Source: Polyangiales bacterium (lineage in GTDB: Bacteria > Myxococcota_A > Polyangia > Polyangiales > Polyangiaceae). Taken from it: a stretch of DNA of 64,000 nucleotides. The notes below the pieces were generated by a model, which was given only the letters and a program-made list of their open reading frames with translations, was not told the DNA's origin and did no database searches. The number at the start of each line of letters is the position of its first letter. Position 1 is the first letter of the stretch. A program made the translations under genes and the position numbers. The stretch is from positions 96,001 through 160,000 of the forward strand of contig JBBRNJ010000006.1 of assembly GCA_038230375.1 (NCBI GenBank), in the 5' to 3' direction. Shown here piece after piece: positions 17,918-27,579 of this stretch.

Positions 17918-18595
17918 GTTGCAGCGGTAGAAGCCGGTTAGAGACCCGCTCTGCGTGCACGTCTTGCCGATGCTCGTGCACTCGTCCGTGGCTGCACCGG
18001 GATCGCACATGCGGATGCCGCTCGTGCTGCCGCTGCCGCCACATGCCGTCTTGCATTCGACGGAGAGGTAGCCGGACATCTGATCGAAGGTGCCGCAGCA
18101 GACCTGGGCGCCCGGGCAGTCCGTGTGATCGTCGCAGTGGATGGGGACGCCGGAGCACGAGCCCCCGTTCGCCACGCAGGCGTATGAGAAGTTCGGATCG
18201 CCGAAGGCCTTGGTGCCGCAGCACTCCTGCGCTTTGATGGCGCAGTAGACCGCATTGTTGTTGGTGTCAGCGCCGCAGTAGATGCCTGGGCCTGTGGTCC
18301 CGCCGCCGCTGTCTGCACTGCTGCCTGCATCGGTGCCGCCACCGCCACCGCCACCGGCGTCTTTGGTGCCGCCACCACCGCCGCCGCCTCTGCCACCACC
18401 GCCGCCGCCTCCGCCACCACCGCCTCCGCTACCGGTCCCGTTCCCCGTCCCGCTTCCGCTGCTGGCAGAAGGCGAGGGGTTGGTTCCGAACTGGGACGAC
18501 CCTGTGGTGTCGAACACGTCGCTGGGCGTGGCTCCGCTACACGCGATGAAGATTGTGGCAAGCAGGCTCGCCGATACAAGAATACGTGCGCTCAT
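17915..18595 (-). CDS. Lipoprotein with Gly-rich linker and Cys-rich C-terminal domain
   Basis: Lipobox TIFIAC; poly-Gly tract; CCG, CDDHTDCPGAQVCCG motifs. Start moved to ATG 18595. Confidence 0.8.
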   Translation of the reverse strand: MSARILVSASLLATIFIACSGATPSDVFDTTGSSQFGTNPSPSASSGSGTGNGTGSGGGGGGGGGGGGRGGGGGGGTKDAGGGGGGGTDAGSSADSGGGTTGPGIYCGADTNNNAVYCAIKAQECCGTKAFGDPNFSYACVANGGSCSGVPIHCDDHTDCPGAQVCCGTFDQMSGYLSVECKTACGGSGSTSGIRMCDPGAATDECTSIGKTCTQSGSLTGFYRCN

Positions 18596-18790
18596 TCGCT
18601 GGCACCTTTCAGGGGGCTCAGTGACGGGACGCTTCTCGTGCGGTCGAGCGCATCCCGTTTCCCGGGGCGCAAACTCTCGCACGCGGACCGTGCTCCAGCA
18701 ACGTCGGGCCCCTGCTCAAACGCGTCTCTGTGGTGGATCATTCGACCCCCGTCACCGTTCTGGGCGAACGTACGTATTGCAAACGATCGG

Positions 18791-18818
18791 TTGACAAACG
18801 ATCGTTCGTTAATATAGT
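18791..18818 (+). promoter_or_regulatory. Sigma70-type promoter overlapping a putative TetR operator
   Basis: TTGACA(18791)-16 nt-TATAGT(18813); palindrome AACGATCGTT in the spacer and a related AAACGATCGGTT just upstream; ATG 6 nt after the -10 box. Confidence 0.75.
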
Positions 18819-18824
18819 GTGGGC

Positions 18825-20036
18825 ATGCTCGAAACGTCGCTTCGGTTGCCCAATGGAACGGTCCTCCAGCATCGCCTTGCGAAGGCCGCGATGGAGGAGG
18901 CGCTCTCGGACCCGAACGAGGATCCGACGCCGGAGCTCGCGCGCCTCTACCGCCGGTGGGCCGAGGGCGGCGCGGCGCTGCTCATCACGGGCCACGTCAT
19001 GGTCGATCGCACGGCACGTGCACGGCCCCGCGACGTCGTCGTCGAGGACGACCGTGCGTTGCCGATGCTCGAGGCATGGGCAACGGCGGCGCGCAGCAAC
19101 GGGGCGGAGGTCTGGATGCAGCTCAATCATGCCGGTCGCCAGACGCCGCGCTTTGTCGCGCGCGAGCCAGTCGCGCCGTCCGCGGTGCCTGCCGTGAAGA
19201 TGTTCGCGAGCTTCGGTCGTCCGCGTGCGCTCCGCGAAGAGGAGATCGAGGAGATCATCGCGCGCTTCGGTCGCGCGGCGGAGATCGCCGAACGAGCGGG
19301 GTTCACCGGCGTGCAGATCCATGCGGCGCACGGCTACCTGCTGTCGCAGTTCCTCTCGCCTCGCACGAACCTCCGCGAGGACCAGTGGGGCGGTTCCATC
19401 GAGAACCGCGCACGCATCCTGATCCGCGTCATCCGCACGATCCGCGCGTCGGTGAAGAGCACCACCGCCGTCGGCGTGAAGTTGAACAGCGCGGACTTCC
19501 AGCGCGGCGGCTTCGACAAGGAAGACTTTGCGGCGGTCGTGCGCATGCTGGATGGTGAGGGCATCGACCTGCTCGAGATCTCCGGCGGCAACTACGAGTC
19601 GCCCACGCTCTTTGCGGGCACCAGCACCGCCTCGCGCGAGGCCTATTTTCTCGAGTTCGCGCGCGCCGTTCGGGACCTCACGTCGGTGCCCATCATGCTC
19701 ACGGGTGGCTTTCGTTCGCGCAAGGTGATGGAGGGCGCGCTCACGGAGGGCGTCGTCGACGTCATCGGGATGGCCAGGCCGCTCGCGATCGATCCAGACT
19801 TCCCTCGCCGTCTCCTCGACGGTAGCGTCGAGCGCTCCGAGGTGACCATGAAGGCCGTCTTCCTGAAATCGTTCGCAGCCCTTGCCGACGGCGCGTGGTC
19901 CTGGATGCAGATCAGACGCATGGCGCACGGCGACGCGCCGGACCCCAAGCTGTCGACGTGGCTCTCGATCGCCTACTACCTGTTCTTCGATCTCTTCCTG
20001 TCGCGTACGCGCATGATGCGCGTGGGGCGCGCGTGA
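18825..20036 (+). CDS. NADH:flavin oxidoreductase (Old Yellow Enzyme family)
   Basis: RLAKAAMEE, QLNHAGRQ, GFTGVQIHAAHGYLLSQFLSPRTN.R.D.WGGS.ENR, KLNSADF, EISGG.YE, TGGFR, GMARP. Confidence 0.93.
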   Translation: MLETSLRLPNGTVLQHRLAKAAMEEALSDPNEDPTPELARLYRRWAEGGAALLITGHVMVDRTARARPRDVVVEDDRALPMLEAWATAARSNGAEVWMQLNHAGRQTPRFVAREPVAPSAVPAVKMFASFGRPRALREEEIEEIIARFGRAAEIAERAGFTGVQIHAAHGYLLSQFLSPRTNLREDQWGGSIENRARILIRVIRTIRASVKSTTAVGVKLNSADFQRGGFDKEDFAAVVRMLDGEGIDLLEISGGNYESPTLFAGTSTASREAYFLEFARAVRDLTSVPIMLTGGFRSRKVMEGALTEGVVDVIGMARPLAIDPDFPRRLLDGSVERSEVTMKAVFLKSFAALADGAWSWMQIRRMAHGDAPDPKLSTWLSIAYYLFFDLFLSRTRMMRVGRA

Positions 20037-20716
20037 GCGGCCGCCGGACACGCGAGCCCGGAGGAGCGCGCGAGGCACGGGAGCTTCTGCCCACTGCACG
20101 CCGCGACCTTCGTCTGGTGCGCGGTGAGGAGACCCACACGCGCATTCTCGAGCGGGCGATGGATCTCTCGTCGACGCAGGGGCTCGAAGGGCTCAGCATC
20201 GGCCATCTCGCGACGTCGCTCGGCGTGAGCAAGGCAGGGTTGTTCGCGCACTTCGGCTCGAAGGAAGCGCTCCAGCTCGCGACGGTCGAGGCGGCGCGCG
20301 GCGTCTACTTCTCGACCATCATCGAGCCGGCGCTGCTCGAGCCCGAAGGTCTCCCGCGCCTGCTCCGTCTCTGCACCGCATGGCTCGACTACGTGGACCA
20401 CGACACCTTTCGTGGCGGATGCTTCTTTGCGTCGGCGTCGGCGGAGTTCGACTCGCGCCCCGGGAAGGTGCGGGATCGCATCGCGGAGACCATGCGCGAG
20501 TGGCTCGACTTCCTGGAGAGCGCTGTGCTCGATGCCATCCGCCTCAGCCACGTGAAGAAGGACACCGACGCGAAGCAGCTGGCCTTCGAGCTTCACGCGT
20601 TGGAGATGGGGGGCAACTGGGCAAGGCAGCTGCTGCTGGACCCGGAGGCCCTGAAGCGAGCACGAACCGCGATCGTCCACAGACTGGACGCGATCACGGT
20701 TCACCGCCGTTCGTAG
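20033..20716 (+). CDS. TetR/AcrR-family transcriptional regulator
   Basis: GLEGLSIGHLATSLGVSKAGLFAHFGSKEALQ HTH; GGCFF; GTGA overlap with the upstream stop. Confidence 0.9.
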   Translation: MSGRRTREPGGAREARELLPTARRDLRLVRGEETHTRILERAMDLSSTQGLEGLSIGHLATSLGVSKAGLFAHFGSKEALQLATVEAARGVYFSTIIEPALLEPEGLPRLLRLCTAWLDYVDHDTFRGGCFFASASAEFDSRPGKVRDRIAETMREWLDFLESAVLDAIRLSHVKKDTDAKQLAFELHALEMGGNWARQLLLDPEALKRARTAIVHRLDAITVHRRS

Positions 20717-20804
20717 GGCGCCGTCGATGTCGAAGCTACGGGCGCCGATGCGCCTGCTGCTGCGCCGGATGGGGCCCCCTCTCCGTGGATCTCCCGTCAA
20801 CGGG

Positions 20805-20885
20805 TACACCTTGCAGGTGTATAAATGTGCGTGAATTTGGGTATTCATCGGCATTTCCGGGATTGTTGTACACCTGGGAGGTGAA
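20805..20885. promoter_or_regulatory. Pair of 17-bp palindromic sites TACACCT-N3-AGGTG(T/A)A flanking an AT-rich spacer
   Basis: TACACCTTGCAGGTGTA at 20805-20821 and TACACCTGGGAGGTGAA at 20869-20885. Confidence 0.5.
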
Positions 20886-21050
20886 CCTGGAGGCCCGCGG
20901 CCGCGGGGGCCCCTCGGCCAATCGAGACTTCGGCGACGTCGAGTGCACATACGCCGAGCGGTCCAGGTCCAGGTCCTGGTCCACGTCGTTGTCGTCGTCG
21001 TTGTCGACTTTGTGCTAGATCCGCCGCCCCTCTTCGGAATCCTCTTTTTC

Positions 21051-22007
21051 ATGCCGCAGACCCACCCCCCTCCGGCCGCCGAGCCGACCGCCGCAGACGC
21101 AGACCGCGCTGTCGACGCGCTGGAGCAGGCTGCGACCGCGGCCGAGAAGGGGCAGATGCTCGGCGTGCAGCTCTTCGCGACTGGCGCCGATCTCACGCGC
21201 GCCACCGAGCTCGACGCGCGCCGTGTGCGCGATCGACTCGACCGCGTCGTGATGGGGAACGATCCGGAGCTTGGACTCGACGTGCTGGCGGCGTCGGGGG
21301 TGCTACCCGCGCTCTTCCCGGAGGTGCACGCGCTCATCGGCTTCGGAGACGGTGAGTGGCGTCACAAGGACGTGTGGAAGCACACGAAGCAGGTCGTGCG
21401 TCAGGCGGTGCCGCGGCTCGAGGTGCGCTGGGCCTCGCTCTTTCATGACATCGGCAAGGTGAAGACGCGCAGCATCTCGCCCGACGGCAAGGTGCACTTT
21501 CTTGGCCATGCAGAGGTCGGGGCGCGCATGTTCGACAAGATGGAGCGCAGGTTGCCGCTCTTCTCGCCCGAGCCGGCGCTGAAGGACACCGTCCGCTTCC
21601 TCGTGCTGCATCACCTTCGCGCGAACCAGTACGAGCCGTCGTGGACGGACAGCGCAGTGCGTCGCTTTGCGCGTGAGCTCGGCACGCACCTCGACGACCT
21701 CATGTGCCTGGCGCGCGCGGACATCACCACGAAGCGCCCCGAGAAGAAGCGAAAGGGCCTTTCCCAGATCGACGAGCTCGGCGCGCGCGTCGCGCTGCTT
21801 GCTGCGGAAGACGCGAAGCTCCCGCCCCTGCCCACCGGCGTCGGGGACGAGGTGATGCGCGCATTCGATCTCCGTCCCTCACGCCTCATCGGCGACATCA
21901 AGCGCAAGCTCGAAGCGGCGATCGACTCCGGCGAGATCGAGGGGCGTCTCCCCAACGAGGCGTACGTCGACCTGATCAAGAAGGATCCGGCGCGCTTCGG
22001 TCTCTGA
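21051..22007 (+). CDS. HD-domain protein resembling the C-terminal half of CCA-adding/poly(A) polymerase enzymes, without the nucleotidyltransferase head
   Basis: RRVRDRLDRVV...GL..L...GVL...FPE; HKDVWKHT; LFHDIGK.KT; HFLGHAEVGA; HHLR; SAVRRF; RADITT. Start at ATG 21051. Confidence 0.8.
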   Translation: MPQTHPPPAAEPTAADADRAVDALEQAATAAEKGQMLGVQLFATGADLTRATELDARRVRDRLDRVVMGNDPELGLDVLAASGVLPALFPEVHALIGFGDGEWRHKDVWKHTKQVVRQAVPRLEVRWASLFHDIGKVKTRSISPDGKVHFLGHAEVGARMFDKMERRLPLFSPEPALKDTVRFLVLHHLRANQYEPSWTDSAVRRFARELGTHLDDLMCLARADITTKRPEKKRKGLSQIDELGARVALLAAEDAKLPPLPTGVGDEVMRAFDLRPSRLIGDIKRKLEAAIDSGEIEGRLPNEAYVDLIKKDPARFGL

Positions 22008-22034
22008 GCCGTAGAGCGCGCGCGTCACACGCGG

Positions 22035-22835
22035 TCAGTGCAGGGCCGAGCCCATCCTGTAGATGGAGAACTGCAATGTGGCGCCCGCGCCGATGAGCAG
22101 GTCCTTCAGCGCGCGGTTCTCTTCTACCCACACGTTCACGTAGTCGTGCTTCGCCAGAGGCTGGAGCTCCTTCATGAGCGGCTTCGCAAGGTCCGGCTTC
22201 GCGACGCGGATGGGATAGATGCCGGGGAACGTCGGATCGAACGCGGCGAACGCCGTGGGACCCACGGCGTCCTTCAGGGCAAGCACGGCGACATCCGGCC
22301 GCTGTCGGAGCGCCTCGATGCGTGCCACGTCCAGGCCGAAGCGCTTCGCCAGCTCCTGGTCCTCCGCTGAATCAGGCGTGTACGCATTCGCCTCGATCTG
22401 CGCATCCGGAAGCGCATCGAGCGCGTTCCATGGCATGCGCAGCGTCCATCCTTCGCTCTCGCGCGACATGCCCACGCGCTCGTACAGCTTGATGGCGGGC
22501 GTGTTCTCTTGCTTCACGTTGAGGAACCACCGGGTGCATCCGTCGCCCTCGGCGCGCACCCGGAGCTCCTTCATGATCGCCGCGCCCACGCCACGTCCGC
22601 GCGCGTCCTTCGCGGCGACCACGTGCACAACGTGGGTGGTCTGTCCGTACACATGAGAGAAGCCGTACCCGAGAGCGCCGTCATCGTCCTCGACAATGAC
22701 GATGCGGGGGACCATCCGCTCCACGAACTGCTCGGGTGAGGGCAGCGGATCGGGAACGCCGAGCTCCGGGAAGAGGCGCGCGAAGGTGGTGTAGTCGGCG
22801 TCGGTCGCGCGTCTCGCCCGGAGGTCAGAAGCCAT
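22035..22835 (-). CDS. GNAT-family N-acetyltransferase
   Basis: ARGRGVG acetyl-CoA motif; LNVKQENTPAIKLYERVG. Confidence 0.85.
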   Translation of the reverse strand: MASDLRARRATDADYTTFARLFPELGVPDPLPSPEQFVERMVPRIVIVEDDDGALGYGFSHVYGQTTHVVHVVAAKDARGRGVGAAIMKELRVRAEGDGCTRWFLNVKQENTPAIKLYERVGMSRESEGWTLRMPWNALDALPDAQIEANAYTPDSAEDQELAKRFGLDVARIEALRQRPDVAVLALKDAVGPTAFAAFDPTFPGIYPIRVAKPDLAKPLMKELQPLAKHDYVNVWVEENRALKDLLIGAGATLQFSIYRMGSALH

Positions 22836-22875
22836 TCCGGGCGAGCATAGCGCGTCCGCGCTGGTGGACGTGGTC

Positions 22876-23583
22876 TCAGCGCTTGGTGAGCGAGAAGTTG
22901 CCGGGCTCCGTCGCGCTCGAGTCCGTCTGACGCTCCGTCATCTGGCCGCCCTTCACGCAGAAGTCGTACCTGTTGCCGCCCGAGGTCGTGAGAGTGTTGC
23001 CGCTCACCGTGAAGGTGGAGCCGTCGTCCACGTCCGTGTGGCTCTTCACCACGCAGTCGCAACTGGTGGTGCCGGTGCAGGTCACGCTGTCGAACGCGGA
23101 GGACATCGCGCTCTGGATCGTCGCGCACGGCGCGCCCATGGTGCAGGCGGCGGGAAGCGTGATGGTGCCCGAGAAGGTCGCCTTCGCCTTGCGGAAGAGG
23201 GAGTCACCGACGAAGTTCACGGTGCCTGCGACCGAACCCTGCACGTTCGACGATGTGGCGCTCGGGCATTGCTGCTTCACGGCAGCGAACGGATCGTCGA
23301 TGCAGCCGCCGGAGTAGTCCCACGTGCCCTGCACGTTGCCGCCGCATGCCGCCGCCGCTTGGCAGCTGCCGAACGAGATGGTCGCGGCCGTCTGACTGAC
23401 GGTCACGTCGCCCGCCGGGCCCGCGTCGCTACCACCACCACCGGGACCACCGTCCGCCTTCTGGGGCCCGGCATCCGCGCCGTTGCCGCCGTTGTCGGGA
23501 CCGGTCGCAGGGCCGTTGTTGGTCACCGTGCAGGCGACGAGGAGGAGAGCGAAGACAGAACCGAAACCAATGGATGCTTTCAT
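22876..23583 (-). CDS. Cys-rich lipoprotein
   Basis: MKASIGFGSVFALLLVAC lipobox; CGGNVQGTW, YDFCVKG; AGGAG RBS upstream. Confidence 0.8.
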   Translation of the reverse strand: MKASIGFGSVFALLLVACTVTNNGPATGPDNGGNGADAGPQKADGGPGGGGSDAGPAGDVTVSQTAATISFGSCQAAAACGGNVQGTWDYSGGCIDDPFAAVKQQCPSATSSNVQGSVAGTVNFVGDSLFRKAKATFSGTITLPAACTMGAPCATIQSAMSSAFDSVTCTGTTSCDCVVKSHTDVDDGSTFTVSGNTLTTSGGNRYDFCVKGGQMTERQTDSSATEPGNFSLTKR

Positions 23584-23662
23584 GGGAACTCCTAAGTGAA
23601 TAAGGGGCCGACGACGTCGGCGGTTGCACGAGTCGAGAGAGAACAGAGGGTGAGTGGCGCCG

Positions 23663-24133
23663 CTACTGCGTGATCTGCGTGGTGCAGTTGCCACCGGTGC
23701 ACGAGTTGGTGCACTTGGCGCCAGGGAGGCAGATGAAGGTGCAGCCTCCGCCAGGGCAGCTGCCGTTGCATGTGGATCCGGACAGGCAGTCGATGGTGCA
23801 GTTGCCGCCCGGGCAGGATGTGTCGCAGGTGGCGCCGCTCTCGCAGTTCACCTTGCAGTTGCCGCCGACGCACTGGGTCTCGCAAGTAGCGCCCGAGCGG
23901 CAGTAGATCGTGACCCCGCCGCTCAAGAAGCTTCCGGTGCACGTCCCGGAGGCGCAGTCACACGAGTTGGTGTTCGATGACGGCGCACAGGCGGGGAGGC
24001 CCGACGGCGGGAAGGTCCCGTTCGTTCCAGCCTCGACCTGGGGCCCCGCATCCGAGCCCGCGGCGGGGCCCACGCTCCAGTCGTAGCAACCCGTGAGGGC
24101 GACAGCGGACAGGACGATGATCAGAGACCGCAC
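23663..24133 (-). CDS. Small Cys-rich repeat lipoprotein
   Basis: VRSLIIVLSAVALTGC lipobox; repeated CxxGATC/CPGGNC units. Start GTG 24133. Confidence 0.75.
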   Translation of the reverse strand: MRSLIIVLSAVALTGCYDWSVGPAAGSDAGPQVEAGTNGTFPPSGLPACAPSSNTNSCDCASGTCTGSFLSGGVTIYCRSGATCETQCVGGNCKVNCESGATCDTSCPGGNCTIDCLSGSTCNGSCPGGGCTFICLPGAKCTNSCTGGNCTTQITQ

Positions 24134-24375
24134 GGTCCGTAGATTACCGCGGCGAGAAGTTGTGTGTACGCACGAATGAGTCCTCCTTTGCGTTGGGCCC
24201 GGCGGGCCGTTGCGACTTGCTGACGGGGACAGGTACTTCACGACCCGTGCCGTCCAGGAAAGGCCGCAAATCCCCGGAATTTCGAGGCCCGCCGCGTCAC
24301 CGGTGACCCGAAGGCGCCATGCGCGAGCAGCCAACCCGGTCACGGCTGACGCGGAGGGCTGTGGCAATCGACCCT

Positions 24376-25755
24376 CTACTCGTCGTCGGGATCTTCGATC
24401 TCGATCTGGAGTGACAGTCGCGCGATCAGCCGTTGCAGGAATCTCCGGCTCACGCCCGCTTGCTCCGCGGCGTGCGTCAGGTTGCCTCCGGTTCGCTTCA
24501 GCATCGCTCGCACGTAGACGCTCTCGAACTCCTCGGTCCACGCGTCGCGCGCGTCCTTCAGCGGCAGATGCAGTGGGACGATGCTCTCGATGCCCGCGGG
24601 GAGCACGCTCGGGGTGGGCGCGGCCAGCCTGTTGCTGTCGTCTCCCAGGCGCGGCTGCCACTGTCCAAGCGTGACGAGCCGCTCGACGTAGTTGCGAAGC
24701 TCGCGCACGTTTCCCGGCCACGGGCGCTCGCGGAGCTGCGCGAGCACCTCCTGCGGCAGCTCGGCGTTCTTGTCCGCGCTGTTGTTGAGCCGCTGGAAGA
24801 AGCGCTGCGCGAGCATCGGGATGTCATCGCGGCGCGCGCGTAGCGGCGGAAGCGAAAGCTCCACCACGGCGAGCCGGTAGTAGAGATCCTCGCGGAACGT
24901 CCCCTCGTTCACGGCCCGCGCGAGGTCGCGATTGGTGGCTGCTATCACGCGCACATCCACCGGCACTGCCTTGGTCTCACCCACGCGGCGAATGGTGCGC
25001 GACTCCAGCGCGCGCAACAGCTTGGGCTGCATGGAGAGCGGCATCTCGCCGATCTCGTCCAGGAACAGCGTGCCGCCCGTCGCCTCCTCGAAGGCGCCCT
25101 TTCTGTTGCCGATGGCGCCGGTGAATGCTCCGCGGATGTGGCCGAAGAGCTCGCTCTCGATGAGGTTCTCCGGGATCGCGCCGCAGTCCACCGGGATGAA
25201 CGGGCCCTCCGCGCGTTTTGATGCATGATGCACGGATCGAGCGGCCACGTCCTTGCCGGTGCCCGTCTCACCAGAGAAAAGGAGCGTGGTGTCGGTGGGG
25301 CTGGCGCGCTCGAGCAGCGCGTAGACGCCGCGCATCTCGATGCTGTCGCCGAGGAGCTCGCCGAACTCCGAGCGGGCGGAGAGCGCGACGAACGCGGGTG
25401 CATCACCGGCCTCGATGCGGAACGCGGAGCCGCCGACGCGAATCAGGGAGCCCGGCGGCACGTCCGCATCACGCACGCGCACGTCGCCCACGAAGGTGCC
25501 GTTGGTGCTGCCCAGGTCGCGGAGCGTCACGCTCTCCGCACGCACGTGCAGCTCGCAGTGGACGCGAGAGACGGAGGCGTCCTTCAGCCGGAGCTGATTG
25601 CCTTCCGCCGTGCCCACCTTCGCGATGCCATCGCGGACGGGGACACGCAGGCCGCGTGACGGGCCTTCGACGACGACGATCTCGATGGAGAGGACGCGCC
25701 GCGCGCCGCGGTCGGGCGCTACGCGTTCGGTCTCGTCGAGCGTGAACGTGGACAT
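24376..25755 (-). CDS. FHA-domain sigma54-dependent enhancer-binding protein
   Basis: VSRVH...DLGSTNGT (FHA); GETGTGK, ESELFGH..GAFTGA, LFLDEIGE, FREDLYYRL, WPGNVREL; C-terminal HTH. Confidence 0.95.
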   Translation of the reverse strand: MSTFTLDETERVAPDRGARRVLSIEIVVVEGPSRGLRVPVRDGIAKVGTAEGNQLRLKDASVSRVHCELHVRAESVTLRDLGSTNGTFVGDVRVRDADVPPGSLIRVGGSAFRIEAGDAPAFVALSARSEFGELLGDSIEMRGVYALLERASPTDTTLLFSGETGTGKDVAARSVHHASKRAEGPFIPVDCGAIPENLIESELFGHIRGAFTGAIGNRKGAFEEATGGTLFLDEIGEMPLSMQPKLLRALESRTIRRVGETKAVPVDVRVIAATNRDLARAVNEGTFREDLYYRLAVVELSLPPLRARRDDIPMLAQRFFQRLNNSADKNAELPQEVLAQLRERPWPGNVRELRNYVERLVTLGQWQPRLGDDSNRLAAPTPSVLPAGIESIVPLHLPLKDARDAWTEEFESVYVRAMLKRTGGNLTHAAEQAGVSRRFLQRLIARLSLQIEIEDPDDE

Positions 25756-25773
25756 GATGGAAACACTACCACC

Positions 25774-27579
25774 TCAATTGCCGGGCTCGTCCTTGTACGG
25801 GTTCGGCGGCGGAGCACCATTCGTGGCCGTGGTCGTGGTCGTCGGCTTCGCCGTGGGGGCGCCGGGGGTGCTCGTGTGGCCGCCAGGCAGGTGCTTTGCG
25901 GTGGTCGCGGTGGTCGCCGTCTTCGCGGAGCCGACCGCCGAAGGAGCCCCGCTGCCAGGAGAGGTGCCCAGCTCGCTCGTGCTGAGCGCGGCAGCGGAGG
26001 CAGGCCCGCGCGGGCCGCTCACACTGGCCGCGTTTGCCGCGCTGGCGCTGCCGCCCGTGGGGTCTCCGTTCGCCGCGTTCTGCGAGCGATTGAGCGCCAC
26101 GTAGATCACGCCGGACGCGACCACGAGCGCGAGTGCGCCCGCGGCGATCGCGTAGACGATGCCGTTGCTGCGGACCGGCAAGCTCACGCTCATGTCGTCG
26201 AACGCGGGCTGCGAGTACGCCGCCACAGGTGCGCGGAGGTGCGGATTGCTCGGCTCGGGGAGTGCGATGACCGGTGCGCTCGAGAGCGTGCGCGGCTGGC
26301 TCCCCGTGGGCGGTGACGAGATCAACGTGGCCCCGCCCTGCTCCTTCAACGTGGGGATGGGAGACGTGAGCGGCTGCGTGGCGGAGCCGATGATGGGCGC
26401 GGTGTTGGACGCAACCGCGTTCGACGTCACGGTCGGCGCTACGTTGGGCAACGTATGCGACAGCACGTTCGGCGCCGTGTTCGACCCCATGGGCGCCGTC
26501 TCTGGCAGCGTGGTCGGAGGCGCGGACGTGAGCGTCGAGTTGATGTCGCGCTCCGTAGCGGGGCCCGGCGTCTGCGGCCCGACGCTGGCGATCGCGGGCT
26601 CCATCGCCATGCGCGCGCGGATGAGCGTTCGTCGTTCGTCGAGGTCGGCGCCAACGGCAGCGCGTACGAGCGCCGCGACATCCGTGTGGCTCGCGACCAG
26701 GCCCGCCTCGCGCGCCGCCGTCTCGAGCGCGGCGCCCATTGCGGCAGCGGTCTGGAAGCGATCTTCGCGCTGCTTCTCGACGGCCGCAGCGACCACGTGA
26801 TCGAGAGCGGGCGTTGCCTGAGGCACGAGCGAGGACACCGCGGGCGCCTGGTACGAGAGCACGCGCTGCAACGTCACAGCCTCATGATCTCCCCGGAAGA
26901 GTCGCTTGCCGGTGAGCGCCTCCCACAGCACCACGCCCATGCCGAACACGTCGAAGCGGCGGTCGATCGTCTCGCCCTGGAGGTACTCGGGCGCCATGTA
27001 TGCGAGCTTGCCTTTGAGTTGCCCCTCCTCCGTGTTGGCTTGCCTGCGCGCGATCTTCGCGATGCCGAAGTCCGTGACGCGTGCGACGCCATCGGTGCCC
27101 ACCAGGATGTTCTGCGGCGACACGTCGCGATGAACGAGGCCGATGAAGCGGCCCTTGTCGTCCGTGAGCTCGTGCGCGGCATGCAGACCGGCGCATGCGT
27201 CCAGCACGATGCGCACGGCGACCGCAGGCGGAAGCGCGGCGATCCCCTTGGACGCGGCGACGAGCAGCTCACCGAGCGACGCGCCCTCGATGTAGTCCAT
27301 CACGAGGCTGATGTTGTCCTTGTCGAGCTCCACGTCGCGCACGTCGACCACGTTCGCGTGATGGATCATGGAGGCGAGCTGCGCCTCCGCCAGGAGCTCC
27401 CGCCGGAAGTCAGCGTTGCCCACCAGGTGCGGGTGCGGCTTCTTGATCGCCACGAGCTGACGGAAGCCGAGCGCACCACGCACGGTGCCCACGTACACCG
27501 TGGCCATCCCGCCAGACGCGAGCTTCAGGATTGTCTCGTAACGTAGCGAGCCGCCGATGGTGCGGCTACCGGCAGCCAT
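25774..27579 (-). CDS. Membrane-anchored Ser/Thr protein kinase
   Basis: LASGGMATVY, VAIK, HRDVSPQNIL, DFGIAK, YMAPE; TM helix near the C-terminus. Confidence 0.95.
   Translation of the reverse strand: MAAGSRTIGGSLRYETILKLASGGMATVYVGTVRGALGFRQLVAIKKPHPHLVGNADFRRELLAEAQLASMIHHANVVDVRDVELDKDNISLVMDYIEGASLGELLVAASKGIAALPPAVAVRIVLDACAGLHAAHELTDDKGRFIGLVHRDVSPQNILVGTDGVARVTDFGIAKIARRQANTEEGQLKGKLAYMAPEYLQGETIDRRFDVFGMGVVLWEALTGKRLFRGDHEAVTLQRVLSYQAPAVSSLVPQATPALDHVVAAAVEKQREDRFQTAAAMGAALETAAREAGLVASHTDVAALVRAAVGADLDERRTLIRARMAMEPAIASVGPQTPGPATERDINSTLTSAPPTTLPETAPMGSNTAPNVLSHTLPNVAPTVTSNAVASNTAPIIGSATQPLTSPIPTLKEQGGATLISSPPTGSQPRTLSSAPVIALPEPSNPHLRAPVAAYSQPAFDDMSVSLPVRSNGIVYAIAAGALALVVASGVIYVALNRSQNAANGDPTGGSASAANAASVSGPRGPASAAALSTSELGTSPGSGAPSAVGSAKTATTATTAKHLPGGHTSTPGAPTAKPTTTTTATNGAPPPNPYKDEPGN

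Noticed and set aside
20958..21008. GGTCCA/GTCGTC short repeats read as a poly-Val N-terminus of the HD protein
   Set aside because: Low-complexity intergenic sequence; ATG 21051 is the more plausible start.
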